This document shows positions 41,274 through 51,879 of a stretch of 64,000 nucleotides of DNA, piece by piece (position 1 is the stretch's first letter; each line of letters starts with the position of its first letter). A program made the translations under genes and the position numbers. The DNA lies in the NCBI GenBank assembly GCA_963777505.1, contig CAVZQN010000010.1, positions 38,003-102,002 of the forward strand, given 5' to 3'. Source of the DNA: an uncultured bacterium. GTDB lineage: Bacteria; Acidobacteriota; HRBIN11; JAKEFK01. Under the pieces are notes generated by a model that did no database searches, was not told where the DNA came from, and was given only the letters and a program-made list of their open reading frames with translations.

Positions 41274-42827
41274 CTAGTTTACATAGCCCAAACTTTCGAG
41301 TTTTTCTTTGTCTTCTTCGCTCAACTCGAATGTTGTATCGATTTCTCCAGAATGTTGTTGCCACTTTGATAGTTCTTCACGCAATCTTTTCATCAATTCT
41401 GGATCTTTTTGTAATACCACTTGCATAAGATTCCGCTGTTCAAGAGGATCCTGTGACAACCTGAAAACTCCTTCATATTTGCGCCACGGAATACGCATAT
41501 ACTTCCAGTCCCCATACCAAACGGAAGCAGCATTTTCGTTATTTGGCCAGACTCCCTGGAAAGAATCTTCTTCCCGGATCCGGGGTTGGGATGCTTCTGA
41601 GAAAAGAATTCGTGATGGTGACTTCTGACTATTCTCAAATAGTTCTGAATAAAAACTTTTTCCATCAAATTTCAATTGGGTTTTGAAGTTGAGTAGTTCG
41701 ACCAGTGTAGGAAAGAAATCAAGCTGAGAATATCGTGTCGTGATCCGTCTTTTTTCGGGAAGCAAACCCGGACAAGAAATCAGAAACGGAATCCGTGTTT
41801 CAGTTTCGTGCGTAAGGACACCATGCCTGAAAAATGAATTGAACCTTGAATGTTCGATTAAGTTTTCACCATGATCGGAAGTGATGATTAAGATGGTCCG
41901 ATTTCGGAGGCCGGAACGATTGAGATTTTCCACAATCTCACCGATTACAGAGTCCACATATTCGATTTCCGCAGAATATAACTGCATCAGCGTATCGATC
42001 ACGGGTGAAAACTCAACAGACCCAACCTGACTGGACCTGAAATTTTCAATCGAACCGATCAGATTTTTGAAATTAGGATAAAAATTAATCCTGGCGGCTT
42101 CTGTCAGTGGAGTGTTTTCAGGAAAGCTTTCCAAACGCTTGCGGTACCACTTCTCAGGAGGCAAGTACGGAAAATGCGGATCATACAAATGAAGAAATGC
42201 AAAAAACTTATTATTTCGTTTCGTACTGAGCCATTTTTCAAATGAAAGTTTTACAGCAGTGGCATCGCGTGTAATGTCACCGGTCTGCGTATCTGGCTCC
42301 AGAGCCTCAAGTTTTTTTCCATCCTTTGTATTAATGACGATTGTGCGTCCAATAAATCGAGAAGGATCACCCATGAATGATTCTTCGTATAAGTCGAAAC
42401 CTTGATTGAGACCAAAAACAGAAGCCAGGGCGAAGGAACCAATAAATGCAGCTGTTGAATAGCCTCGCTCTTTTAGGAATTCAGCCAGTGTTACATTCTG
42501 GGGCGACAGCCTCATTGCATTCCGGGCAACTCCATGCTTTCGCGGGTAGATTCCTGTGAAAAGACTTGCATGCGATGGCAAAGTTGTATTAATCGTGCTG
42601 TAAAAGTATTCAAACAGAATTCCCTCTTTTGCTATCGCATCCAGATGCGGAGTTGCGATCGCACCGTTGCCATATGTCCCTAAGAAATCTGCCCGAAGCG
42701 TATCAATAGAGATAACAATCACATTGAAATCGTTTGCTGTTCGAGCAGGCGAAAATTTTCGCGAAACAAAAAATATCACTGCCCCAAGGATAACAAGGCC
42801 AATCAAGGCGTAGATTTTTCGCTGCAT
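41274..42827 (-). CDS. Sulfatase-like alkaline phosphatase superfamily protein
   Basis: ISIDTLRAD, TTLPSHASLFTG, YDPHFPY, TSDHGE, LESLGY. Confidence 0.9.
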   Translation of the reverse strand: MQRKIYALIGLVILGAVIFFVSRKFSPARTANDFNVIVISIDTLRADFLGTYGNGAIATPHLDAIAKEGILFEYFYSTINTTLPSHASLFTGIYPRKHGVARNAMRLSPQNVTLAEFLKERGYSTAAFIGSFALASVFGLNQGFDLYEESFMGDPSRFIGRTIVINTKDGKKLEALEPDTQTGDITRDATAVKLSFEKWLSTKRNNKFFAFLHLYDPHFPYLPPEKWYRKRLESFPENTPLTEAARINFYPNFKNLIGSIENFRSSQVGSVEFSPVIDTLMQLYSAEIEYVDSVIGEIVENLNRSGLRNRTILIITSDHGENLIEHSRFNSFFRHGVLTHETETRIPFLISCPGLLPEKRRITTRYSQLDFFPTLVELLNFKTQLKFDGKSFYSELFENSQKSPSRILFSEASQPRIREEDSFQGVWPNNENAASVWYGDWKYMRIPWRKYEGVFRLSQDPLEQRNLMQVVLQKDPELMKRLREELSKWQQHSGEIDTTFELSEEDKEKLESLGYVN

Positions 42828-42830
42828 GCT

Positions 42831-43217
42831 TTACAAGGTTTGGATGGAGAGTTTGCGGATAAAGTCGAGATCTGCTTCTAAGAAGTCAAATTCAGTTAAT
42901 TGCGAAGGTTTTACCCAGCAAAAACTATGACAATCGATTGCTGATGGCTCACCAGAGATGAAACGACATTTGTAAAAAAACAAAAGTACAGACCTGTCTG
43001 CATATTTATGAAAAATAGTTTCAACGACTTGTTGTGCTTCAACGTTAATTCCGAGCTCTTCACGGATTTCGCGTTCCAGAGTTTTACGCGGATCTTCATC
43101 CTCTTCTATCTTGCCTCCCGGGAATTCCCACTTTAAAGCACCATGCTTTCCAATGGGACGTTGTGTGATCAACAACAAATCATCTTTGACAATTAACCCC
43201 GCAGCAACAAGTATCAT
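42831..43217 (-). CDS. MutT/NudG-like NUDIX hydrolase
   Basis: WEFPGGKIEEDE...LEREIREELGI. Confidence 0.9.
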   Translation of the reverse strand: MILVAAGLIVKDDLLLITQRPIGKHGALKWEFPGGKIEEDEDPRKTLEREIREELGINVEAQQVVETIFHKYADRSVLLFFYKCRFISGEPSAIDCHSFCWVKPSQLTEFDFLEADLDFIRKLSIQTL

Positions 43218-43579
43218 CCGCGTTCTAGAGCTTTCTTCATTGAATCAAGTTTGTCCAACAACAAATCTGCCCTTTCCCGGATTCTTTTCAAATCAGAACG
43301 GCGCGCGAATTTTAAGCGTTCTGCAATATCCAGACATGCGATGGTTTCAAACAATGACATTCTGCAACCATCAACAAGAAACGAATGCTCAATATCAGTT
43401 TTTCCAGAAGCTTTTCCAGCGATGTTTACGAGTATGTGCGTCGAGGCTTTAATAATTTGTGTTTTCAAACTTTCGGGAGTTTTTGGACTTAATCGTCCCG
43501 TGAATCGGTAGAGTGCCTCTACATACTGTATCGCTAAATCGTAGATGATTGTTTTTCGAAACGCGTAACGTTCTGCCAT
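43214..43579 (-). CDS. Four-helix-bundle (23S rRNA IVS protein-like) family member, divergent
   Basis: LKTQIIKASTHILVNIAG...RMSLFET resembles the LxxQxxRAxxSIxxNIAEG...GSxxE pattern. Confidence 0.7.
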   Translation of the reverse strand: MAERYAFRKTIIYDLAIQYVEALYRFTGRLSPKTPESLKTQIIKASTHILVNIAGKASGKTDIEHSFLVDGCRMSLFETIACLDIAERLKFARRSDLKRIRERADLLLDKLDSMKKALERG

Positions 43580-43583
43580 TCAA

Positions 43584-43928
43584 TTAACCGGGAGGCCAGG
43601 CCATTGACCTTCCGCCCAGCAAATGTAAATGAACATGAAATACTGATTGTCCTGCTCCGCGATTCGTATTCCACACAAGCCTGTAGCCTGAACTGCTGAG
43701 TTGTCGATCTTTTGCAATCGAGACGGCCGCAAGAACGATAGAGCCAAGTAACTCGCGATCTGCTTCGGTAGTTTCGTTCAAGGTTGAAATATGTTTACGA
43801 GGAATTACAAGAATATGAGTTGGCGCTTGAGGTGTTATATCTTCAAACGCAACAACACTTCCATCTTCGTAGACAATCTTTGAAGGGATAGAACGTTCGG
43901 CAATCTTGCAGAATAAACAGTCTTCCAT
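43584..43928 (-). CDS. hinT: Histidine triad nucleotide-binding protein
   Basis: DCLFCKI, PQAPTHILVIPRKH, FHVHLHLLGGR, WPPG. Confidence 0.93.
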   Translation of the reverse strand: MEDCLFCKIAERSIPSKIVYEDGSVVAFEDITPQAPTHILVIPRKHISTLNETTEADRELLGSIVLAAVSIAKDRQLSSSGYRLVWNTNRGAGQSVFHVHLHLLGGRSMAWPPG

Positions 43929-44023
43929 TTTGACCTAAAAAGCATCTCGTGTTGATAGGAAGAGTGTACCACCGCATCTCCCCTGAATGTTAATCTGCCA
44001 TCTGCATCACAGTGTCATGAATC

Positions 44024-44040
44024 GTAACTGTACTGGTTAC
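44024..44040. promoter_or_regulatory. Palindromic operator-like site upstream of the EamA gene (GntR/MocR-type candidate)
   Basis: GTAAC-TGTACTG-GTTAC. Confidence 0.4.
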
Positions 44041-44048
44041 AATACAAC

Positions 44049-45017
44049 TTGTCTGAATCTGTTATTGTCGAGGATTTCGCGTTAAATTTTTCTTGCATGA
44101 AAAGAACAGAAGAAACATCCGGAATGCTTTTAGGATTGATTGCCATTATTGCATTTAGCGTAACTCTTCCAGCGACAAGACTTGCTGTAAGCGAAATCCA
44201 TCCTTCAATAATAGGACTTGGACGCTCCGTTGTTGCCGCGATCGTGGCAGCAGGAATCCTTTTGATCAAACGGCAGCCGATTCCGCAAAAGTCACACATC
44301 AAAAGCCTTGTGATTGTGGCAGCAAGTGTAGTCTTTGGATTTCCTTTGTTATCAGCATGGGCGATGCAGAAAGTTCATGCATCACACGGAGCCATATTGC
44401 TCGGCATTTTGCCTCTTGCTACTGCGGCCGCCGGAGCATTTCGCGCAGGAGATCGTCCCTCCAGTTACTTCTGGGCATCGGCCATTGTTGGCAGCACAGT
44501 CGTTGTTGGTTTCGCATTTATTCATGGTGATGGAAGGTTGCAGATTGCAGATTTACTTTTATTGGTTGCGTTGATTGCAGGATCAATCGGCTATGCAGAA
44601 GGTGGACGCCTCGCGCGCGATCTCGGTGGATGGCAGGTAATCTGCTGGGCATTGCTGTTAGCTTTTCCCATAAGCTCCATATTGTTGTTTGTGAGCATTC
44701 TTAAATATGGAGTAAGCGCCTCACCTCAAGCATGGATTTGTTTTGGCTACGTTAGCTTGATTAGTCAGTTGATCGGATTTTTTGCATGGTTGCATGCGCT
44801 GGCAATTGGAGGCGTTGCTCGTGTTGGTCAGGTACAACTGCTGCAGCCTTTCTTCACTTTGTTTGCTTCCGCAATTCTACTCGGTGAAAAATTGGAATTG
44901 ATTACTCTGGTTGCTGCATTCCTTGTTGTTTTGACTTTGCTTGCAGGAAGAAAAACTACTGTGAGGAAAGTGAAAACGTTACCTCAACCGCTCGATTGTA
45001 GCGCCAAGACTGCTTAG
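44049..45017 (+). CDS. EamA/DMT family transporter; likely start ~44097
   Basis: FSVTLPATR, VVFGFPLLS, GYAEGGRL, QVQLLQPF. Confidence 0.9.
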   Translation: MSESVIVEDFALNFSCMKRTEETSGMLLGLIAIIAFSVTLPATRLAVSEIHPSIIGLGRSVVAAIVAAGILLIKRQPIPQKSHIKSLVIVAASVVFGFPLLSAWAMQKVHASHGAILLGILPLATAAAGAFRAGDRPSSYFWASAIVGSTVVVGFAFIHGDGRLQIADLLLLVALIAGSIGYAEGGRLARDLGGWQVICWALLLAFPISSILLFVSILKYGVSASPQAWICFGYVSLISQLIGFFAWLHALAIGGVARVGQVQLLQPFFTLFASAILLGEKLELITLVAAFLVVLTLLAGRKTTVRKVKTLPQPLDCSAKTA

Positions 45018-46232
45018 TTTTTCTTCAATCCTTTCGTATCCACGATCGATGTGATACACGCGTTGAATGATAGTCGTTCCTTCCGCAACAAGGCCGGCGA
45101 GAATCAAGCATGCGCTTGCCCTTAAATCCGTTGCCATGACATTGGCGCCTGATAGTTGTGTGCGTCCCTTTACTTCAGCAGTGTGACCCTGAATATGAAT
45201 ATCTGCGCCCATACGCAAAAGTTCACCGACATGCATGAATCGATTTTCAAAGATGTTTTCATCAATACGCGTGATTCCATCCGCTTGAGTCATGAGTGCC
45301 ATGTATTGAGCCTGAAGATCGGTTGGGAAAAGTGGATACGGATGCGTCTCAATGTTGGATGGTTTTAACACTTCAGGACAATCGAGTGTGATTTCTTGAG
45401 GTCCAATCCTGATATCACATCCATTTTGACGAAGCTTTTCAAGCAAAGCTTCATTGTGCTCAGGAATGCAGTTAACTGTAGTAATCGACCCTCCAGTAAT
45501 TGCTGCACCAATTAGAAATGTTCCCGTTTCAATTCGATCGGGAATAATGTTATGTTCAGCTCCGTGTAATTTTTCTACGCCCTGAATTTTTAGCGTTGAA
45601 GTATTTTTCCCCTGAATCTCTGCCCCCATTTTTATCAACAAATCGATCAGATCGCCAACTTCAGGTTCTACCGCACAATTTTCAAGAACAGTTTCACCTT
45701 TTGCCAGAGCTGCCGCCATCAACAAATTTTCTGTACCTGTTACGCTGATGCCTGGAAAACGATAGCGAGCACCTTGCAACCGTTGAGCGATCGCATGCAC
45801 ATAACCATGTTCCAATCGGATCGTGGCGCCTAGTGCTTCGAGACCATGGAGATGCATATCGATGGGGCGTGCTCCGATTGCGCATCCCCCGGGCAATGAA
45901 ACGATTGCTTCACCAAACCTCGCAACCAATGGACCCAGCACAAGTACAGATGCGCGCATGGTTTTAACCATGTCATAAGCAGCTTCATGAGATTCAATAT
46001 CGCGTGCCTCCAACGAAAGCTGCTGACCGGACCATTCTGATTCAAGTCCCAAATGCTCAAGAATTTGAATAATTGATTTAACGTCGCGGACGTGTCGCGG
46101 AACGTTATTCAAAACTAAATGTTCAGCGGTTAATAATGACGCTGCAATACAGGGCAATGCGCTATTTTTAGCGCCACTGATTCGCACTTCGCCGCGCAGA
46201 GGTTTCCCGCCCTGAATTCTAATTTTGTCCAT
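44979..46232 (-). CDS. murA: UDP-N-acetylglucosamine 1-carboxyvinyltransferase
   Basis: ISGAKNSALP, MRASVLVLGPL, LPGGCAIGARPID, PDRIETGT, DLRASA; start placed at MDKIRI. Confidence 0.97.
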   Translation of the reverse strand: MDKIRIQGGKPLRGEVRISGAKNSALPCIAASLLTAEHLVLNNVPRHVRDVKSIIQILEHLGLESEWSGQQLSLEARDIESHEAAYDMVKTMRASVLVLGPLVARFGEAIVSLPGGCAIGARPIDMHLHGLEALGATIRLEHGYVHAIAQRLQGARYRFPGISVTGTENLLMAAALAKGETVLENCAVEPEVGDLIDLLIKMGAEIQGKNTSTLKIQGVEKLHGAEHNIIPDRIETGTFLIGAAITGGSITTVNCIPEHNEALLEKLRQNGCDIRIGPQEITLDCPEVLKPSNIETHPYPLFPTDLQAQYMALMTQADGITRIDENIFENRFMHVGELLRMGADIHIQGHTAEVKGRTQLSGANVMATDLRASACLILAGLVAEGTTIIQRVYHIDRGYERIEEKLSSLGATIERLR

Positions 46233-46402
46233 AGTAGCAATTGTATTTAACCATGTGGGTTCAGGAATTAAAACCGTTGCTGGTGTAGCCATTGTTGTTC
46301 AAAGATACGCTTACGCAACGTTTGTGCCAGATGAGATTCGTCGTAAGAATGAGGGAATGTGTGTAAAGAAAGACACGAATTGTGGAACTCAACCGCGGTC
46401 TC

Positions 46403-46462
46403 TGGAGGGCGAGCGTCTCTGCTCGCCATTACTCTTCGGCAGGCAGAGACGCCTGCGCTACG
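46403..46462. repeat. REP-like doublet
   Basis: ggcgagcgtctctgctcgcc ... gcaggcagagacgcctgc. Confidence 0.7.
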
Positions 46463-46471
46463 AAGCTAATG

Positions 46472-47395
46472 TTAAAGGTGTTGGTTAAAGAAATTTAGAA
46501 CGCGGGTTTCGTACTCTTTTGGAAATTTAACGTACGTACCTAAATGTCCTGCACCTTCGCAGATCCATAATTCTTTCGGCACGGAAGCCTTCTCGAAGAT
46601 TTGTTCAGAATGGTGTGATCCGATTTTCTTATCAGCATCTCCATGAATCAGAAAAATCGGACATTTCAGATGACGTGTGCTGTTCACTGGTGAGACTTCA
46701 TAAACCGGGAAATTTTCAATATATTTTGCGAACAAGCACGCAAGTTGAGTTGGAAGATAAACTGCAAATTTCGGCAACTTTGAAATTTCAACTGCCCGTT
46801 CAAGAGTGATTTGCTCAAGCGATGCAAACGGACTATCCAGCACTAAAGCCTGAATGTCATCAAAACCTGCCGCAGCTTGTAATGCCACAGAAGCGCCCAT
46901 CGATGCTCCAAGAACACCGATCGATCCTGTGAATCCTTTGCCGCGGAGGTATCTTACCGCACATCTTAAATCTTCCTTTTCATGATATCCGTACGTTGTA
47001 ATCTGACCGCCGCTTTCACCATGATTTCGAAAATCGATCAACATTAATGTGTATCCAGCTTTCAACAAGTATTGAACAAACCGTACACCGCTCCGTTTAT
47101 CATGCCTGACTCCATGACAAACGAGGATTGTTTTTCCGTTTGCGGTGACAGGCCGCAGCAGAATCGCGGAAAGACGACAGCCATCATAACTTTCGAATGT
47201 ATGCGGCTCTAAGTCATAAGAAACATCTGGAACAAAGTTGTCTAATTCTGATGTGTGATTGTTTTTGCGTCTGGGACGGACAAGTTCTTGTTTGATGTAG
47301 TATGCCGCACCTAAATTGGCCAGCGCAAAAGCACCACCAATCCCGGTAGCAGCCCAGGAAATGGACCTTCGCAGCAAACTTTTAGGCGTTGGCAT
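46472..47395 (-). CDS. Alpha/beta hydrolase
   Basis: CHG, DFRNHGES, GASMG nucleophile elbow, HGDAD, GAGH. Confidence 0.92.
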   Translation of the reverse strand: MPTPKSLLRRSISWAATGIGGAFALANLGAAYYIKQELVRPRRKNNHTSELDNFVPDVSYDLEPHTFESYDGCRLSAILLRPVTANGKTILVCHGVRHDKRSGVRFVQYLLKAGYTLMLIDFRNHGESGGQITTYGYHEKEDLRCAVRYLRGKGFTGSIGVLGASMGASVALQAAAGFDDIQALVLDSPFASLEQITLERAVEISKLPKFAVYLPTQLACLFAKYIENFPVYEVSPVNSTRHLKCPIFLIHGDADKKIGSHHSEQIFEKASVPKELWICEGAGHLGTYVKFPKEYETRVLNFFNQHL

Positions 47396-47396
47396 T

Positions 47397-47675
47397 ATGA
47401 TGGGTAAGGTTCCGTCGCTATTCCATTACTTTCGTCCAAAAGATGGCAATCCATTCGTTATCGCATGGTTTGTCAGCATATTTGTATTGTGGCGATTAGG
47501 TTTCATTTGGTTATTTGTTCATAACGGCGCAGAGCAACTTATTAAATATCCAGGACTCTTTAATAGAGAAATTTCGAGCACCGCAACTTTAAAGGTGTTT
47601 TATATTATTGCGCTTCTGGGCGGAATCGCTGGATTTGTGTTCATGCTAATTATGGATGTTCCAACTACTTTCTGA
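47397..47675 (+). CDS. Small membrane protein, gene-cassette-like
   Basis: Two hydrophobic helices; stop lies 3 nt before an attC-like site. Confidence 0.45.
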   Translation: MMGKVPSLFHYFRPKDGNPFVIAWFVSIFVLWRLGFIWLFVHNGAEQLIKYPGLFNREISSTATLKVFYIIALLGGIAGFVFMLIMDVPTTF

Positions 47676-47678
47676 AGC

Positions 47679-47855
47679 GCCGAACAAAATCATTGCAGCC
47701 GACGTCTCCGCCTCCAGTCGCAAGCCTTTTGAACACGATAAAACGCATTTTGAAAAACAAAAGATAAATACAGCTATCATCGTTTTGCTGAAGCAAAGCT
47801 TGCACAAGCGTGCCTTCAATCGGCGCAGTTCGGCGCGGCTGCTCCGGCGTTAGGA
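47679..47855 (+). mobile_element. attC-like integron cassette recombination site (degenerate)
   Basis: GCCGAAC-aaaatcattGCAGCCG ... CGGCTGCtccggc-GTTAGG; inner gcaagc/gcttgc arms. Confidence 0.55.
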
Positions 47856-48282
47856 CTCATCAAGAAAACGTAACATCATGAAGGCAACAAACGCTAAACT
47901 TGTAAGAACCGTCCAAAACCATATCTCAGGCATCGTTCTTTTGATCATCGGGTGTCTAGCATATTCCGGTGGCTTCTGGCTCTGATATTTTGGAACGGCT
48001 ACTGAACCTAGCATGGCGCTACCTCGGCAATAAGTCACCATGGTATTTCATTAGACGGGATCGCGTTGCCGGTGTTTGATTGGGCTTCACACGGCTCATA
48101 TGCAATCTAATAGGTGCATTCTCATTACGCTCCATCAAGCTTTATATTGAAATACTTAACGCCTCTGTTTGATCTGGTGCGGAACCCGCGCATGGAAATC
48201 CACTGTAATAGCTTATCGTCAGAAGATGATGGCCAGGATGCATAACAATTGATCAAGCGTTAACCTGTTTCAGGAGGATTTA

Positions 48283-48682
<400 letters not shown>

Positions 48683-49031
48683 TAAGATTGCCTATTTGAG
48701 GCCTAATTCTGTAGTAATCTTTGTAAGTGATTGACCCCTCCGGGCAAGTCGCAATTCAACGCGTCTCGGATTGGAAGATCCTGAATCCTATCGTGAGAGT
48801 TTGTTGAAAATGATAGCCGACGAGATGATCTTTACTCAATCCATCCTGCATACTAAGCAGGTAAAGATCGCCGGATTAGCAAATGCTGTGACGGTAGGGT
48901 CTCATGGTGGTGACCAAGTGCATGTTTACATCAACTATACGATGGGCATGGGAAACATAGGGCATACAGCAGCGCCCAACAACTCGCTAATGACAAAATA
49001 ATGCTCGAGCTATGTAGGATATAAAAGATCA

Positions 49032-49367
49032 ATGACACACCGACTATTCGTTTACGGAACGCTTGCGCCTGGTAGGTCGAATGAACATGTTCTGGCGGAT
49101 ATTCCAGGAGAGTGGGAGCCTGCAACTGTGACTGGAAGATTGATCAATACGGGATGGGGTGCGGCGGAGGGCTATCCGGGCATCATCCTGGACGAACGCG
49201 GTGGTGAGGTCCAAGGCCTTCTCTTCACTTCAGAGAGTCTGGATAAGCACTGGGCCTCCATCGATGACTTTGAGGGTGACGGCTACGAGCGTGTCCTAAC
49301 TTCGGCAAAGCGGCAAGACGGTACAATTGTAGATGCATACATTTATCAGCTTAGCGGCTCACCGTAA
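49032..49367 (+). CDS. Gamma-glutamylcyclotransferase (AIG2/YtfP-like) family protein
   Basis: LFVYGTLAPG, GYPG, DDFEGDGYERV. Confidence 0.88.
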   Translation: MTHRLFVYGTLAPGRSNEHVLADIPGEWEPATVTGRLINTGWGAAEGYPGIILDERGGEVQGLLFTSESLDKHWASIDDFEGDGYERVLTSAKRQDGTIVDAYIYQLSGSP

Positions 49368-49397
49368 TAAGCGCGCACTTAAAAATGGAGGAGTCAA

Positions 49398-49861
49398 ATG
49401 AATCGAAACGTAAGCGGCATGTGGTTATTCATTCTGTTATCGATCCTATTTCGTTATGATCTTTCCGCACAGGAAGACGAACAACTTGCCCAGGCAAAAA
49501 AGTTGTTTGAAAAATACGTCGCTTTGGAGCATTCATTTGATCCTAAGGCAGCTGATCTGTACGATGACAAGGCAGTCATTCAAAACAAACGCACTTATCC
49601 TTCGGGCGAAGTAAAAGTAATGACGATACCGGCACCCAGTACAAACAAATTATCAGAGATGCAATGCCGCTTGCAAAAGCCCGTGGCGATGTAAGCACGT
49701 ATTCCAATCTGAAGTATTCAGTTGAAGGAACAAAGGTTCGCATCACATCGACCAGATACTCCGAGCTTAAGAAGTACTCAAGTCCGTTGTCACTCTTGGC
49801 AGGTCCAAACGCACAAGGGGAATGGGTTATTTACGAGGAACTCAGCGAATCTCAGCCGTAG
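49398..49861 (+). CDS. Secreted NTF2/SnoaL-like protein, frameshift near 49638
   Basis: RBS GGAGGAG; signal peptide; ADLYDDKA; joins 49664..49861 ending WVIYEELSES. Confidence 0.65.
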
Positions 49862-49876
49862 AGCCGAAACCACTAA

Positions 49877-50698
49877 TCATCTTTTTTGAAGGACAAATGT
49901 GCGTGGAATATTCTGGTGGTCATTCCTGATTTCGAGAATTTTGAATAGATTGCTTTGTTCACACAAGTTTTGAATTCGCGTGCTCTGTCCAAAACCAATT
50001 TCAAAAACTAGATAACCATTCTGTTTCAGAATCCGTCCTGTGGATTCAATCAAAGCAGCATAGACATCGCTGGATGCAATGAGAGCTTCTCTCGGCTCCC
50101 ACCTTGTTTCCGGAGGAAGCGAATCAAATTCATCCGAATTCACATAGGGTGGATTGGAAACAACAACATCGAACGAATTATCATGAAAAGGAAAATGATG
50201 AAGATTGCCGCGCACCGGCAAAATCTTTCCACGCGCATTCTCAACAAGCACGCTGATCGCAGTTGGCGACAATTCAAGCGCTATCACTTTTGAATTTTGA
50301 AGCTCAGCCGCGAGAGTTACAGCAATGGATCCGGAACCGGCTCCTGCATCCAGGATTCTAGGAGACGCGGGCAAAGACAAACTCAACACCGCACGGATAA
50401 TCTCTTCGGTTTCAGGACGCGGAATCAATACTGATTCATTCACTCTAAAGTCACGTCCAAAAAATTCCTGAACTCCTTCCAAATACGCAAGCGGATAGTG
50501 CAAAGCTCTTCTTGATAACATCGATCGATACGAATTTTCTTCGGCCGGAGTCAAATCAGCTTTTAAATTACCAAATAAATGCGCGCGAGTGGAATTCAGA
50601 GCAATGAGCAAAATCCGTTCCGCATTCCAACGCGGATCGGAGATGCCATAGTCTTGAAGCATTGCCTCGCCGAAAGCTAAAGCTTCATGGATATTCAT
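49877..50698 (-). CDS. prmC: Release factor glutamine methyltransferase
   Basis: VLIPRPETE, DAGAGSGSIA, VSNPPY, FEIGFGQ. Confidence 0.93.
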   Translation of the reverse strand: MNIHEALAFGEAMLQDYGISDPRWNAERILLIALNSTRAHLFGNLKADLTPAEENSYRSMLSRRALHYPLAYLEGVQEFFGRDFRVNESVLIPRPETEEIIRAVLSLSLPASPRILDAGAGSGSIAVTLAAELQNSKVIALELSPTAISVLVENARGKILPVRGNLHHFPFHDNSFDVVVSNPPYVNSDEFDSLPPETRWEPREALIASSDVYAALIESTGRILKQNGYLVFEIGFGQSTRIQNLCEQSNLFKILEIRNDHQNIPRTFVLQKR

Positions 50699-50707
50699 AA
50701 ATGCGAT

Positions 50708-51073
50708 TTACTCAAACCAGATTTCGATTTCGTAACCATCGGGATCTTGCACATACGCGAATGGAAAACCTTCCGAAAATTCACCGCGCCGCAACAAAAC
50801 ACCACCTGCTTTTTCTACTTCATTGACTGCAAGATCAATATCTTCCGGACGCACAAGACGAAAACCAAAATGCGAAATTCCTCCGGTCTTCCCTGCTCCC
50901 TTTGCATCTTTCATAAATGCAAGCACATCATGCTTTCCTGGACCCTGTACTTGAATGCCTTCCTCATCCCGATAATACTCCTTCACTCCAAAAACCTGTT
51001 CATAAAAACGCAATGATCGATCAGGATCGGCTACTGCAAGATTGATGTGCGTTAGTCCATGGGTTTTAACCAT
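50708..51073 (-). CDS. VOC/glyoxalase family protein
   Basis: THINLAVAD, SHFGF, DPDGYEIE. Confidence 0.9.
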   Translation of the reverse strand: MVKTHGLTHINLAVADPDRSLRFYEQVFGVKEYYRDEEGIQVQGPGKHDVLAFMKDAKGAGKTGGISHFGFRLVRPEDIDLAVNEVEKAGGVLLRRGEFSEGFPFAYVQDPDGYEIEIWFE

Positions 51074-51224
51074 TTCTTCCTCCCGAGAATTGTGTTCATT
51101 TATTTAGTCAGAAGTTGCTTCTTTAGACGTGTTGTCACGAATTCTCTGACAAAAAATCGATTATAAAGACGACGCTAGCATGGAAATGCAGAAATATTTT
51201 TAATAGCGTCTGGAGGTAAAGACT

Positions 51225-51830
51225 ATGGGCTTTGTGAAGGATATTCAAGAGATCCGCAATCGAGCTCGGAAAATGATTGAAGATGGTGCAGTAACGCAGG
51301 CGTACTTATTGGACCGCCAGCAAGCTATAGATATTTTGAATGAAGCTCTTGCAACTGAAATCGTCTGCGTATTGCGTTATCGATTCCATTATTTTATGGC
51401 TACAGGATTACATTCCCCTGCGGTTGCTGAGGAATTTTTAGAGCATTCTAAGGAAGAACAGGAACATGCAGATAGCATAGCGGGACGAATTAAACAGCTC
51501 GGCGGAAAACCCGAGATGAATCCTGAAGTAATTTCAACAACGAGTCATAGTCAGTATATTGAAGGCCGTTCGCTGACCGAGATGTTAAAAGAGGACTTGA
51601 TCGCCGAGCGGATCGCGATTGATACTTATCGTGAAATCATCCAATTCTTTGGGGAAAAGGATCCAACTTCAAGAATCCTCATGGAATCAATTCTCGCAAA
51701 AGAAGAAGAACATGCAGATGAACTGGCGGATTTATTGTTTGCCGTCAATCCATCAGAAACTGAAGAATCTCGACCGTTATATTCTAAGGATGAGGAACCA
51801 GCCAGCTCTAAAACTAGAAACAAATACTGA
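51225..51830 (+). CDS. Ferritin-like (bacterioferritin-type) di-iron protein
   Basis: ATEIVCVLRY, EEQEHAD, EDLIAERIAIDTY, EEEHAD. Confidence 0.88.
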   Translation: MGFVKDIQEIRNRARKMIEDGAVTQAYLLDRQQAIDILNEALATEIVCVLRYRFHYFMATGLHSPAVAEEFLEHSKEEQEHADSIAGRIKQLGGKPEMNPEVISTTSHSQYIEGRSLTEMLKEDLIAERIAIDTYREIIQFFGEKDPTSRILMESILAKEEEHADELADLLFAVNPSETEESRPLYSKDEEPASSKTRNKY

Positions 51831-51879
51831 TAGACCGCGTTAGGCCCATCATTTGTTTGGGGCGATCGTAGGGTCGCCC

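Noticed and set aside
51176-51192. Sigma-54 promoter upstream of the ferritin-like gene
   Set aside because: No GG at -24 and spacing is off by one
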